From assembly GCA_044220955.1 (NCBI GenBank), contig JBGAQA010000042.1, positions 1-54,629 of the forward strand: DNA of 54,629 nucleotides. The letters are read 5' to 3'. The notes beneath the pieces are model-generated. The model saw only the letters and a list, made by a program, of their open reading frames with translations. It did not search any database and was not told the origin of the DNA. Shown piece by piece: positions 32,343 to 40,234 of this stretch. Within the stretch, counting starts at the first letter, position 1. Each line of letters starts with the position of its first letter. The DNA is from Sandaracinaceae bacterium. GTDB lineage: Bacteria; Myxococcota_A; Polyangia; Polyangiales; Sandaracinaceae. The position numbers were made by a program, and so were the translations under genes.

Positions 32343-33245
32343 TCATCGCGCGGGCGCGACGAAGGGCCGCAGCGCGTGCGCGATCTCGGCCGACTGCGCC
32401 TCGGGGTCGGGCGGGTTGAACCAGCGGAACGGGTGCAGCCAGGTGCTCGGGTCGCGCAGCGCGAGCCCGCCGGCCGAGCACTCGACGAGCAGCGCCGCGA
32501 TGCCCTGCGCGTGGAAGTGGTCGAGCTCCATGCCGTATGCGAACGAGCCCGGCACCCAGCGTGACGATGCGTGGACCCGGTAGCGCTCACCGAGGCCGTG
32601 GTTCACCTCGCGCGCCAGCGCGGTCAGCGCCTCGTAGTCGTCGGGGCGCTTCCAGCGGCCGCCGAAGGGCAGCAGCAGCTTCCTACCGAAGCTGTGCAGC
32701 GAGACGGCCCGATCGATCTTGCCACGCTCCACGTCGAGCACGTCGAGCGTCGCGCGCGTCTCGGGCTCCGAGCCGGGCGCGGGGCCCGGCCCGCCGAGGA
32801 AGGGCAAGAGCGAGGGCCACGCGTGCCGCGCCCGGAAGTGCGTCGCGAAGTTGCGGTTGAGGTCCACGCCGCGCGCGTTGGCGCGCGTGAAGCGCCGGCG
32901 CCCTGCGCGCAGCTCCCGCTCGACCTTGGCGTAGCCGTCCGGGTTCAGCAGCGGCAGCATCACCAGGCGTCGCTCGCGCGGCGGGTCGGCGAGCCACGCG
33001 TCGAGCAGCGCGAGCGCGGTCTCGACGCCGATCCACTCCATCGCGTGAAGGCCCGCGATCACCAGCGTCACGCGCGGCGCCTCGGCCGGTCCGGCGTCGA
33101 TCCGGATCAGGGGGCGGCCCTCGTGCGATCGACCGACCTCGCGACGCCGCGCTCCCGTGATGGCCGCGACCGCGCTCGCGAGCTCGTCGAGCCCGCGGTA
33201 GCGGCCCACGCGAGCGAGGTCGACGTCCTCTGCCAGCGCGCGCAC
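32343..33245 (-). CDS. M14-family zinc carboxypeptidase
   Basis: GRSHEGRPL, GLHAMEW (HxxE), NPDG, RANARGVDLNRNF, SEPET, SLHSF. Confidence 0.88.
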   Translation of the reverse strand: MRALAEDVDLARVGRYRGLDELASAVAAITGARRREVGRSHEGRPLIRIDAGPAEAPRVTLVIAGLHAMEWIGVETALALLDAWLADPPRERRLVMLPLLNPDGYAKVERELRAGRRRFTRANARGVDLNRNFATHFRARHAWPSLLPFLGGPGPAPGSEPETRATLDVLDVERGKIDRAVSLHSFGRKLLLPFGGRWKRPDDYEALTALAREVNHGLGERYRVHASSRWVPGSFAYGMELDHFHAQGIAALLVECSAGGLALRDPSTWLHPFRWFNPPDPEAQSAEIAHALRPFVAPAR

Positions 33246-33248
33246 GCG

Positions 33249-34019
33249 TCAGTCCACGATGCGGGCGTGCTGGATGAAGTCGAGGTCGGGGAACTGCGCG
33301 CGTAGGTAAGCGTTGCCCTCGGCCTGGATCCGCGCCTGATCGGGGCCGAGCCCGGAGGGCGCGCCCTCGCCGTAGCGACTCTCGAGCGCGTCGACGGCCG
33401 TCATGTCGCGCACGCGACCGAAGGGCGAGAACCCCGTCGCATCGAGGCTCGAGTTGTCGCCGAAGTTGATGAAGAACTGGGTGGTGCGCGTGTCGGGCCC
33501 CGCCGTCGCGAACGACACGTAGCCGCGCGTGTTGTGCTGCACGACGGGATCGTCGGGGATGCTCGCGTCCTGCCACACGCGGCTCACGTCGGGCCGGCCG
33601 TGGATACCGCATTGGGCCATGAACCCGGAGATCACCCGGAAGAACGCGACGTCGTCGTAGTAACCGGCGCGCACGAGGTTGTAGAAGCGGTCGGCCCCGT
33701 GCGGTGACCACGCGCGGTGAACGTCGATCGTGATCGGCCCGGCCGTGGTGTCGAGCTCGACGGCGAAGCGGGCCGGCGCGCGCGCGTCGAGCGAGCTCGG
33801 CACCATGAGGTCGCCGGGGCCCGCGTCTCGCGCCTCGTGCGAGCGAGGCGAGGAGCTCGACTCTCTCGAGCTCGCCAGGAACCACAGCAGCGCCATGCCG
33901 GCGAGCAGGAGCGCGCCGATGCGGAGCATGCGGCTCCCGGCCTCCGGGCGCGCAGCCTGGACGGGCGCTCGCGAGGCCGCGGCGCTCGGGCCCTTCTTTC
34001 GCTTCTTGTTCTTCGTCAC
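33249..34019 (-). CDS. Cyclophilin-type peptidyl-prolyl isomerase with N-terminal TM anchor
   Basis: FFRVISGFMAQCG, NTRGYVSFA, TRTTQFFIN, GFSPFGRV. Confidence 0.9.
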   Translation of the reverse strand: MTKNKKRKKGPSAAASRAPVQAARPEAGSRMLRIGALLLAGMALLWFLASSRESSSSPRSHEARDAGPGDLMVPSSLDARAPARFAVELDTTAGPITIDVHRAWSPHGADRFYNLVRAGYYDDVAFFRVISGFMAQCGIHGRPDVSRVWQDASIPDDPVVQHNTRGYVSFATAGPDTRTTQFFINFGDNSSLDATGFSPFGRVRDMTAVDALESRYGEGAPSGLGPDQARIQAEGNAYLRAQFPDLDFIQHARIVD

Positions 34020-34110
34020 GGGCCGAATCTGGGCCGGAGATCGCCGACGTGCACGGCCCGGCGGCGTTGCCCGCTACCCGCGGAGCCCGCCGCCGTGATA
34101 GTTCGTCTGC

Positions 34111-34854
34111 ATGCGGGCCCTCGTCCTCGCCCTCGTCCTCGCGCTCCCGCTCGCCGCGCACGCGCAGGGGACCGACACCGCCGCCGTGGAGGCGTCGGAC
34201 GCGTATGCGCCGCCCCGTGGGGACCGGCCGACGAGCGGGGACGCGTCGCTCCTGTCGGGCCGCACGCTCGGGGTGGGCAACGTGATGATCGCGGCGATGG
34301 CCGGCTGGCCGGGCGCCTACGTGCACCTCGAGCTCGCGCCGACCTCGCTCTTCAACCTCGGCATCCGCGGCGGCTTCCTCTGGGGCTCGCCGCTCATGGG
34401 CCTGACGGTCGGGCTCGGCGGTGAGCTGGCGGTCCCGATGCGGCTGCGCATCTGGGGCGAGCACCAGACGGACCTCGCGATCGTGCTCGAGCCGATGTTC
34501 GCGGTCGGCCCCGGGCCGCTCTACGGCGAGAGCGGGTTCCCCGGCTCGTTCTCCTACGGCACCCGGCTCGACGCCGGAGCGCGCCTCGGCTGGGAGGCCG
34601 ACCCACGCTTCACGCTCTTCGGCGGTGTCATGGCGGGCGGCGGCCTGAGCGAGGTGCCGCACGCCGGCAGCTCGGTCCAGCCGCTCGGGGTCGTCTACGG
34701 GACTCTCGGGGCCGAGATCCTCACCTCGCGCGACTTCATGCTCCTGGTCCGGATCGACGGGGGCTACGGTCTGGCGCCGGAGCGCTCGGGTCTGGCGTAC
34801 TTCGCCGACCGAGCCTTCCTGCGGGTCGTGTTCGGCGGCGCGTTCCTGCTCTGA
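34111..34854 (+). CDS. Putative outer-membrane beta-barrel protein
   Basis: Signal peptide (AHA), alternating Gly/hydrophobic strands, C-terminal strand FGGAFLL. Confidence 0.55.
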   Translation: MRALVLALVLALPLAAHAQGTDTAAVEASDAYAPPRGDRPTSGDASLLSGRTLGVGNVMIAAMAGWPGAYVHLELAPTSLFNLGIRGGFLWGSPLMGLTVGLGGELAVPMRLRIWGEHQTDLAIVLEPMFAVGPGPLYGESGFPGSFSYGTRLDAGARLGWEADPRFTLFGGVMAGGGLSEVPHAGSSVQPLGVVYGTLGAEILTSRDFMLLVRIDGGYGLAPERSGLAYFADRAFLRVVFGGAFLL

Positions 34855-34916
34855 ACGGAGCCGCCATCCCTGGCTTTTTGGCGCGCACGGCCGCGGCAGA
34901 GTAGCCTCCTGTCTCG

Positions 34917-35564
34917 ATGGCCGAAGACCAGCTCTTCGCGCGGTTCGGTAAGACGTGCGAGGCAGGCGAGGTGCTCTTCCGCGAGGGGGAGCCTGGTGAG
35001 CACATGCTCGTCTTGCAGGCGGGTACCGTGCGAATCACCAAGAGCGGGCGCACGGGCGAGAAGACGCTCGCGGTGCTCGGGCCGGGCGAGTTCTTCGGCG
35101 AGATGTCCATCCTCAACGCGAAGCCACGCAACGCGACGGCGACGGTCGAGACGCGCGCGAAGGTGCTCGTCATCGACGCGCGGACCTTCGAGCAGATGGT
35201 GATCGGCAACGCGGAGATCGCCGTGCGGCTCATCAAGAAGCTCGCCCGGCGCCTCGACTCGGCCAACGAGCTGATCGACGTGCTCATGCACCGCGACCCG
35301 AAAGCGCGCGTGATCCTCGGGCTCTCGCGCCAGGCCGACATGATCGGGCGTCCGCGCGAGGACGGGGGCGTCGTCGTGCCCATCACGAAGGAGGACCTCG
35401 CGGAGGAGGTCGGGCTCGCCGTCGAGGAGGTCGACGAGGTGATCGCGCGCCTCGTGCGTCTGCGCATCGTCCAGGAAGAGAAGGGCGGCCTCGTCGTCAG
35501 CGAGATGTCGCGGCTCGACGAGTTCCTCGAGTTCCTCGAGATGCGCGAGAAGTTCGGGGACTGA
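34917..35564 (+). CDS. Crp/Fnr-family cyclic-nucleotide-binding protein
   Basis: LFREGEPG, GEFFGEMSIL..PRNATA phosphate-binding cassette; ITKEDLAEEVG HTH-like segment. Confidence 0.88.
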   Translation: MAEDQLFARFGKTCEAGEVLFREGEPGEHMLVLQAGTVRITKSGRTGEKTLAVLGPGEFFGEMSILNAKPRNATATVETRAKVLVIDARTFEQMVIGNAEIAVRLIKKLARRLDSANELIDVLMHRDPKARVILGLSRQADMIGRPREDGGVVVPITKEDLAEEVGLAVEEVDEVIARLVRLRIVQEEKGGLVVSEMSRLDEFLEFLEMREKFGD

Positions 35565-35592
35565 CGATGACGTCCGCCGAGGCCAGCCTCTG

Positions 35593-36363
35593 ATGGAGCT
35601 CCGTGTCCTCGGCTGTCATGGCGGCGAGACGCCGAAGCACAAGACCTCGAGCTTCCTGCTCGACGGTCGCGTGGGGGTCGACGCCGGCGCGGTGACGAGC
35701 ATGCTGACGCTCGAGGAGCAGCACGCGATCGAGGCCGTCCTCGTCAGCCACGCGCACCTCGACCACGTCCGCGACCTGGCGACGCTCGCGGACAACCGCT
35801 GCCAGCAGGGCGGGCCCACGCTCGAGATCGCGGCGATCCCCGAGACGATCGCCGTCCTCAAGAAGCACTTCTTCAACGACCTGCTCTGGCCGGACTTCTC
35901 CAAGATCGAGACCAAGCTCGGGCCCACGATCGCCTTTCGCGAGCTCACGCCGGAGAAGACCGTGTCGGTCGCGGGGATGAAGGTCACGCCGGTCCTCGTC
36001 ACGCACACGATCGACGCGTGTGGTTTCGTGATCGAGAACGGCCATGGCGGCGCGATCGGCTACTCGGGGGACACCGGTCCGACCGAACGCTTCTGGGAGG
36101 TGCTCGGCGCGCATCCCAACCTGCGCGGCCTGCTCATGGAGATCTCGTTCCCGAACGACCGTCAGTGGCTCGCGAAGGCCTCCGGTCACCACACGCCCGA
36201 GACGCTCGCCAGGGATCTCGACAAGCTGCACGATCACCGCGGCCTGCCGACGCTCCTCTATCACATCAAGCCCGTCTTCGAGCAGGCCGTGGAGCGTGAG
36301 GTCGCCAAGATCCGCGACAAGAGCCTGGAGATCTGCCGCCTCGGTGACTCGTTCATCCTGTAG
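35593..36363 (+). CDS. Class II 3',5'-cyclic-nucleotide phosphodiesterase (MBL fold)
   Basis: MELRVLGCHGG, VDAG, SHAHLDHV, HFFNDLLWPDF, SGDTGPT, EISFPN, GHHTP, YHIKP. Confidence 0.85.
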   Translation: MELRVLGCHGGETPKHKTSSFLLDGRVGVDAGAVTSMLTLEEQHAIEAVLVSHAHLDHVRDLATLADNRCQQGGPTLEIAAIPETIAVLKKHFFNDLLWPDFSKIETKLGPTIAFRELTPEKTVSVAGMKVTPVLVTHTIDACGFVIENGHGGAIGYSGDTGPTERFWEVLGAHPNLRGLLMEISFPNDRQWLAKASGHHTPETLARDLDKLHDHRGLPTLLYHIKPVFEQAVEREVAKIRDKSLEICRLGDSFIL

Positions 36364-36468
36364 ACGGGAGTGCTCGCGGACGGAGGGCGCAGCCCGCCGA
36401 CGGAAGGGGCCGAGCGCGAGCGGCTCGCATTCGGAAATGTTCGAACGACGCGGCGCGTAGAGAGCGCG

Positions 36469-37827
36469 ATGACCACGGCGGAGCTCATGGACGTCGCGCC
36501 CGACCTCGAGGACCGAGAGACCGACACGCGCGGGCCGCGCGTCTTGCCGCGCCCGACGGCCAGCGCGGTGGTCACGCGCGTCCTGGTGGTCGCGGCCGTC
36601 TTGCTCTGGTTCGGCGTGCGACGCCTCTGGGGCGCGCTCACCGAGACGCTCGACGGCCCCGCGGCGCTGCGCATGGCGTTCGAGCGGCTCGGGCCGATCT
36701 ACGTGAAGCTCGGCCAGCTCGTCGCGTCGGGCGAGGCGCTCTTCCCCAAGCCCTACTCCGAGGAGTTCCGGACCCTGCTCGATCGTGTGCCACCGATCCC
36801 CTTCGAGGAGGTGGCGCGCGTGGTGCGCGAGGATCTCGGCCGCCCTCTCGAGGACGCGTTCGCGGAGGTCGACAGGGCGCCACTGGCCGCCGCGAGCATC
36901 GCGCAGGTCCACAGCGCGAGGCTCCACGACGGGACCGAGGTGGTCGTGAAGGTGCAGCGACCGGGCATCGCCGAGCTGGCCGCAGCCGACGTCGCGATCC
37001 TGCGCGGCGTCGCGCGCTTCGCGGAGTGGGCGTCCGACCTCGCGCACGGCTCGAACGTGGTCGCGTTCGTGGACGACTTCGAGAAGAACCTCGAGCGCGA
37101 GCTCGACTTCCGCCTCGAGGCCCAGCGCATGCGCGACTTCATGGAGGTCATGCGCGAGATGGGCAACGACGTGACCGCTGCGCCCCGCGTCCACGATGCG
37201 CTCACGCGGGCGCGCGTGCTCACGATGGAGCGCTTCCGAGGCTGGCGCATCGACGACGTGCCCGCGGTGCGCGCCAGCGGCTACGACGTGGAGGAGCGCC
37301 TGCTCCAGGGCATCCGCGCGTGGTTCCAGCCGCTGATCTTGCGCGGGTTCTTCCACGGCGACGTGCACGCCGGGAACTTCATGCTCCTCGAGGACGGCCG
37401 CATCGGCTTCCTCGACTTCGGTATCGTGGGCGACCTCGAGCACATGGACCGCAAGGGTGTCATCGAGTTCGTCGCCGGGTTCCAGCAGCGCGACTTCGAG
37501 CGCGTCGCGGGCGCGATGGTCGCGATGCGCACGGCGTGCGGCGACGTGCCGGTGGACGCGGCCGCGCTCGGGCGCGACCTGAGCGCGGCATTCGCCAGCA
37601 CGACGCCGGACGAGTTCGATCTCAAGGACTTCGTACCGGGGATGATCGGCGCGGCCCGCAAGCACGGCTTGCGCATGCCGCGCGATCTCGTGCTCGTGAC
37701 CAAGCAGCTCGTCTACCTCGACCGCATCACGCGGACCTACGGCGGCGCGCGCACCAACGTGCTGACCGACGAGCGGCTGACGAACCTGATCACCCAGGAC
37801 GTGCTCGCGGCGCTCTTCGCCCGCTGA
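36469..37827 (+). CDS. ABC1/UbiB/AarF-family atypical kinase
   Basis: LGPIYVKLGQ, PLAAASIAQVH, VVKVQRPG, ELDF, GFFHGDVHAGN, LDFG. Confidence 0.92.
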   Translation: MTTAELMDVAPDLEDRETDTRGPRVLPRPTASAVVTRVLVVAAVLLWFGVRRLWGALTETLDGPAALRMAFERLGPIYVKLGQLVASGEALFPKPYSEEFRTLLDRVPPIPFEEVARVVREDLGRPLEDAFAEVDRAPLAAASIAQVHSARLHDGTEVVVKVQRPGIAELAAADVAILRGVARFAEWASDLAHGSNVVAFVDDFEKNLERELDFRLEAQRMRDFMEVMREMGNDVTAAPRVHDALTRARVLTMERFRGWRIDDVPAVRASGYDVEERLLQGIRAWFQPLILRGFFHGDVHAGNFMLLEDGRIGFLDFGIVGDLEHMDRKGVIEFVAGFQQRDFERVAGAMVAMRTACGDVPVDAAALGRDLSAAFASTTPDEFDLKDFVPGMIGAARKHGLRMPRDLVLVTKQLVYLDRITRTYGGARTNVLTDERLTNLITQDVLAALFAR

Positions 37828-37846
37828 CGAGGCGAGCCGTGCCGCG

Positions 37847-38308
37847 TCACCGTGCCCAGAGCTCGAGCTGCGCGCGTCCGCCGCCGGGGAGGTTCGCGTA
37901 GTGGAAGTCCACGCGGCGGATCACCCGCGCCGCGCCGGGCAGGTCGATCTCGCGCGTCGCCGTGTCCTCGGCGAAGACGAAGCGCGTGCCCGGCGAGAAC
38001 GTCTGGCTGTCGCCGAACGTGACCGTGACGTCGAAGAGCTCCAGGGCGCTGTGCTCCACGCGCAGCGCGATCTGCCGGAACGTACCGGACACCGCGGTCA
38101 CCACGATCGTGTCGTGGTCGGCGCCGCCCTGCACCCAGCGCTCGCCCAGGCGCGTCCAGCCGCTCATCGCCGGAGCCGCGCGGTCGCGGACGTCGTCGCG
38201 CCTCTCCTCGCGGCGCTCTTCGCGCCTGGCGCGTCCCGGCTGGGCCGCGGACGAGAACGGGACGATGGCGACGAGCACGAGCGCGACGAGTGCGAAGAAC
38301 CGGGTCAT
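37847..38308 (-). CDS. Secreted protein (DUF2541-like)
   Basis: Signal peptide; WTRLGER.V...DHDTI, VTVTFGD, IDLPG..RVIRRV. Confidence 0.6.
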   Translation of the reverse strand: MTRFFALVALVLVAIVPFSSAAQPGRARREERREERRDDVRDRAAPAMSGWTRLGERWVQGGADHDTIVVTAVSGTFRQIALRVEHSALELFDVTVTFGDSQTFSPGTRFVFAEDTATREIDLPGAARVIRRVDFHYANLPGGGRAQLELWAR

Positions 38309-38387
38309 GGTGAGCCCTCCCTCGCGTCGAGCTTACGACGAGCAGCCCACGAATCGAAGGGGGTGGCTCGGCTCACCCGGAGCTCCG

Positions 38388-38419
38388 TTGCCGATGGATG
38401 CAGATCGATGCATTCTGCA
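38388..38419 (+). promoter_or_regulatory. Putative leaderless sigma-70 promoter and operator of the TA operon
   Basis: TTGCCG (38388)-N17-CATTCT (38411), start codon 7 nt downstream, no SD; TGCAGA..TCTGCA inverted repeat overlaps it. Confidence 0.5.
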
Positions 38420-38422
38420 CGC

Positions 38423-38683
38423 ATGCCCAAGGACGCCGCCGTGACAGTGCGCCTGCCGATCGCGCTGAAGCGTCGGCTCGAGCTCCGTGCACGCGCCCAT
38501 CGCCGATCGACGTCCGCGCAGATGGTCCACGATCTCGACGCGATGCTCTCGGTCGAGCCGGCCGTCGCGCCGAGCGTGGTCCCCGTGCTCGGACGATTCG
38601 CCGGCAGCTCCCTGCCGAGCGACACGGACGTCCGCGACGTCCGGCAGCGCCTCTGGTCACGGCTCGCGGCGCCGCGGGGCTGA
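38423..38683 (+). CDS. Ribbon-helix-helix (Arc-like) antitoxin
   Basis: MPKDAAVTVRLPIALKRRLELRARAHRRSTSAQM; 86 aa directly upstream of a PIN gene. Confidence 0.75.
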   Translation: MPKDAAVTVRLPIALKRRLELRARAHRRSTSAQMVHDLDAMLSVEPAVAPSVVPVLGRFAGSSLPSDTDVRDVRQRLWSRLAAPRG

Positions 38684-38685
38684 GC

Positions 38686-39081
38686 ATGACGTCGTACGTC
38701 CTCGACACGCACAGCTGCCTGTTCGCGCTCGGGGCTCCGCGGAAGCTCGGCAGGAGTGCGGCCACGGCGTTGCGCCAGCTCGACCGCGGCAAAGCGACTG
38801 CGTGGATTCCGGCCCCGGTCGTCGCCGAGATCGTGATGCTCCGCCAGCTCGGTCGCACGGAGATCGGGCTGCCACAGCTCGAGGCGGCGATCGCGGACGC
38901 ACCGGCGCTCCGTTTTCTCTCGCTCGATCTGAGCCAGCTCCACGAGTTCGCCGCTCTCGCGTCGATTCGCGATCCGTTCGACCGCATGATCGTGAGCGCG
39001 GCACGCGTGACGAGGTCCAAGCTCATCACCAAGGACGGGCTGCTCGCCGAGTCGGGCCTGATCGAGACCGTGTGGGATTGA
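38686..39081 (+). CDS. vapC: PIN-domain (VapC-family) toxin
   Basis: YVLDTH, VVAEI, RDPFDRMIVSAA, LITKD. Confidence 0.88.
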   Translation: MTSYVLDTHSCLFALGAPRKLGRSAATALRQLDRGKATAWIPAPVVAEIVMLRQLGRTEIGLPQLEAAIADAPALRFLSLDLSQLHEFAALASIRDPFDRMIVSAARVTRSKLITKDGLLAESGLIETVWD

Positions 39082-39086
39082 GCAGT

Positions 39087-39118
39087 GAAGAGCTGTCCCG
39101 AATTCGGGACGGCTCTTC
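39087..39118 (+). terminator. 32-bp palindrome/hairpin immediately after vapC
   Basis: GAAGAGCTGTCCCGAA|TTCGGGACGGCTCTTC, self-complementary with one G-T pair. Confidence 0.55.
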
Positions 39119-39267
39119 TCGCGTTGCGATACGAAGGGGCCCCCAGCTTGGGCTCGAGGATCTGCGTGCGCGGGGTGTCGTCCGCTGAAGGCAACGGTTC
39201 GGCGCCGTGTCGTCTCACCGGTGTCGCCGTGGCACGCTCCGGTGAACAGACCAGGCTGCGACCGAAC

Positions 39268-39765
39268 ATGATCCCCGTCGACCCGAACGAGCTGCTCGCC
39301 CCCGGCCGCTCGCGCGAGACGCGCATCCGGCGCGACGCGTGCGGGCGCTGGTGGAACGGCGAGGACGCGATCACGCACCCGGGGCTCGTGCGCGCGTTCG
39401 ACGCCTGGATCGAGCTCACGAGCGAGGGCCGCTACGTCCTCTCGAACGACATCAACTGGGCGTACGTCACGATCGAGGGCGCGCCGATCGACGTGCGCGC
39501 GTGCCGCCTCGCGCCGGAGGGCTGCACGCTGGTGCTCTCGGACGGGCGGGAGGAGCCGCTCGCGCTCCGCACCCTGCGCGAGTCGGAGGACGGCGTGCTC
39601 TACTGCACGGTCCGCGGCGGCACGATGCCCGCGCGCTTCGACGCGCACGCGGCCGTGCAGCTCTCCGACGCGCTCGTCGAGACGCCGGAGGGCCCTGCGC
39701 TCGCGATCGGCGGCGAGGCGTTCGTGCCCCCGCGCACGCGCGACCCGCTCGTGCCCGCTCACTGA
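39268..39765 (+). CDS. DUF1285-like protein
   Basis: IRRDACGRWWNGEDAITHPGL..F, AYVTIEGAP, LSDGREEPL, LYCTV...ARF. Confidence 0.6.
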   Translation: MIPVDPNELLAPGRSRETRIRRDACGRWWNGEDAITHPGLVRAFDAWIELTSEGRYVLSNDINWAYVTIEGAPIDVRACRLAPEGCTLVLSDGREEPLALRTLRESEDGVLYCTVRGGTMPARFDAHAAVQLSDALVETPEGPALAIGGEAFVPPRTRDPLVPAH

Positions 39766-40214
39766 GCCGTCGATCCCTCGGGCAGCGCCGTGGTCGTCGC
39801 GAACGCCGCCTCGGGCGAGACGGGCACGCTCGGCGGCGAGTGCAGGATCGCCACGATCGCGTGCATCGGCGCGATGCCGACGACCGTGCCGATCCGCACC
39901 TCCACGAAGTCGTCGAGGGGGCGGACGACCTCGGCCGGGATGATCCCACCGGCGTGCGCGAGCAGCACCCACGCGTCGGGCGCGAGCGCGGGCGTGCTGA
40001 GCGCCGCCTCGCGAACCCAGATCTCGCGGCCGTCGTTGGTGCGCACGAGCATGTGGCCCTCGATCGGGCCCTCGAGCGTCTCGCCGATCGTGTCGGCCTG
40101 CTCGCCCGCGATCGCGACACGGCGTGTCTCGCGCATCGGCAGCGTGGGCGGAGTGCCCGCGCACGCGCTCAGGCAGAGGGCGAGCGAGGCGATGGTGAGC
40201 GCGGTGCGGTGCAT
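39759..40214 (-). CDS. Hypothetical lipoprotein
   Basis: MHRTALTIASLALCLSAC lipobox. Confidence 0.65.
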   Translation of the reverse strand: MHRTALTIASLALCLSACAGTPPTLPMRETRRVAIAGEQADTIGETLEGPIEGHMLVRTNDGREIWVREAALSTPALAPDAWVLLAHAGGIIPAEVVRPLDDFVEVRIGTVVGIAPMHAIVAILHSPPSVPVSPEAAFATTTALPEGSTAQ

Positions 40215-40234
40215 GGATCCGCGAGCGTACTCGA

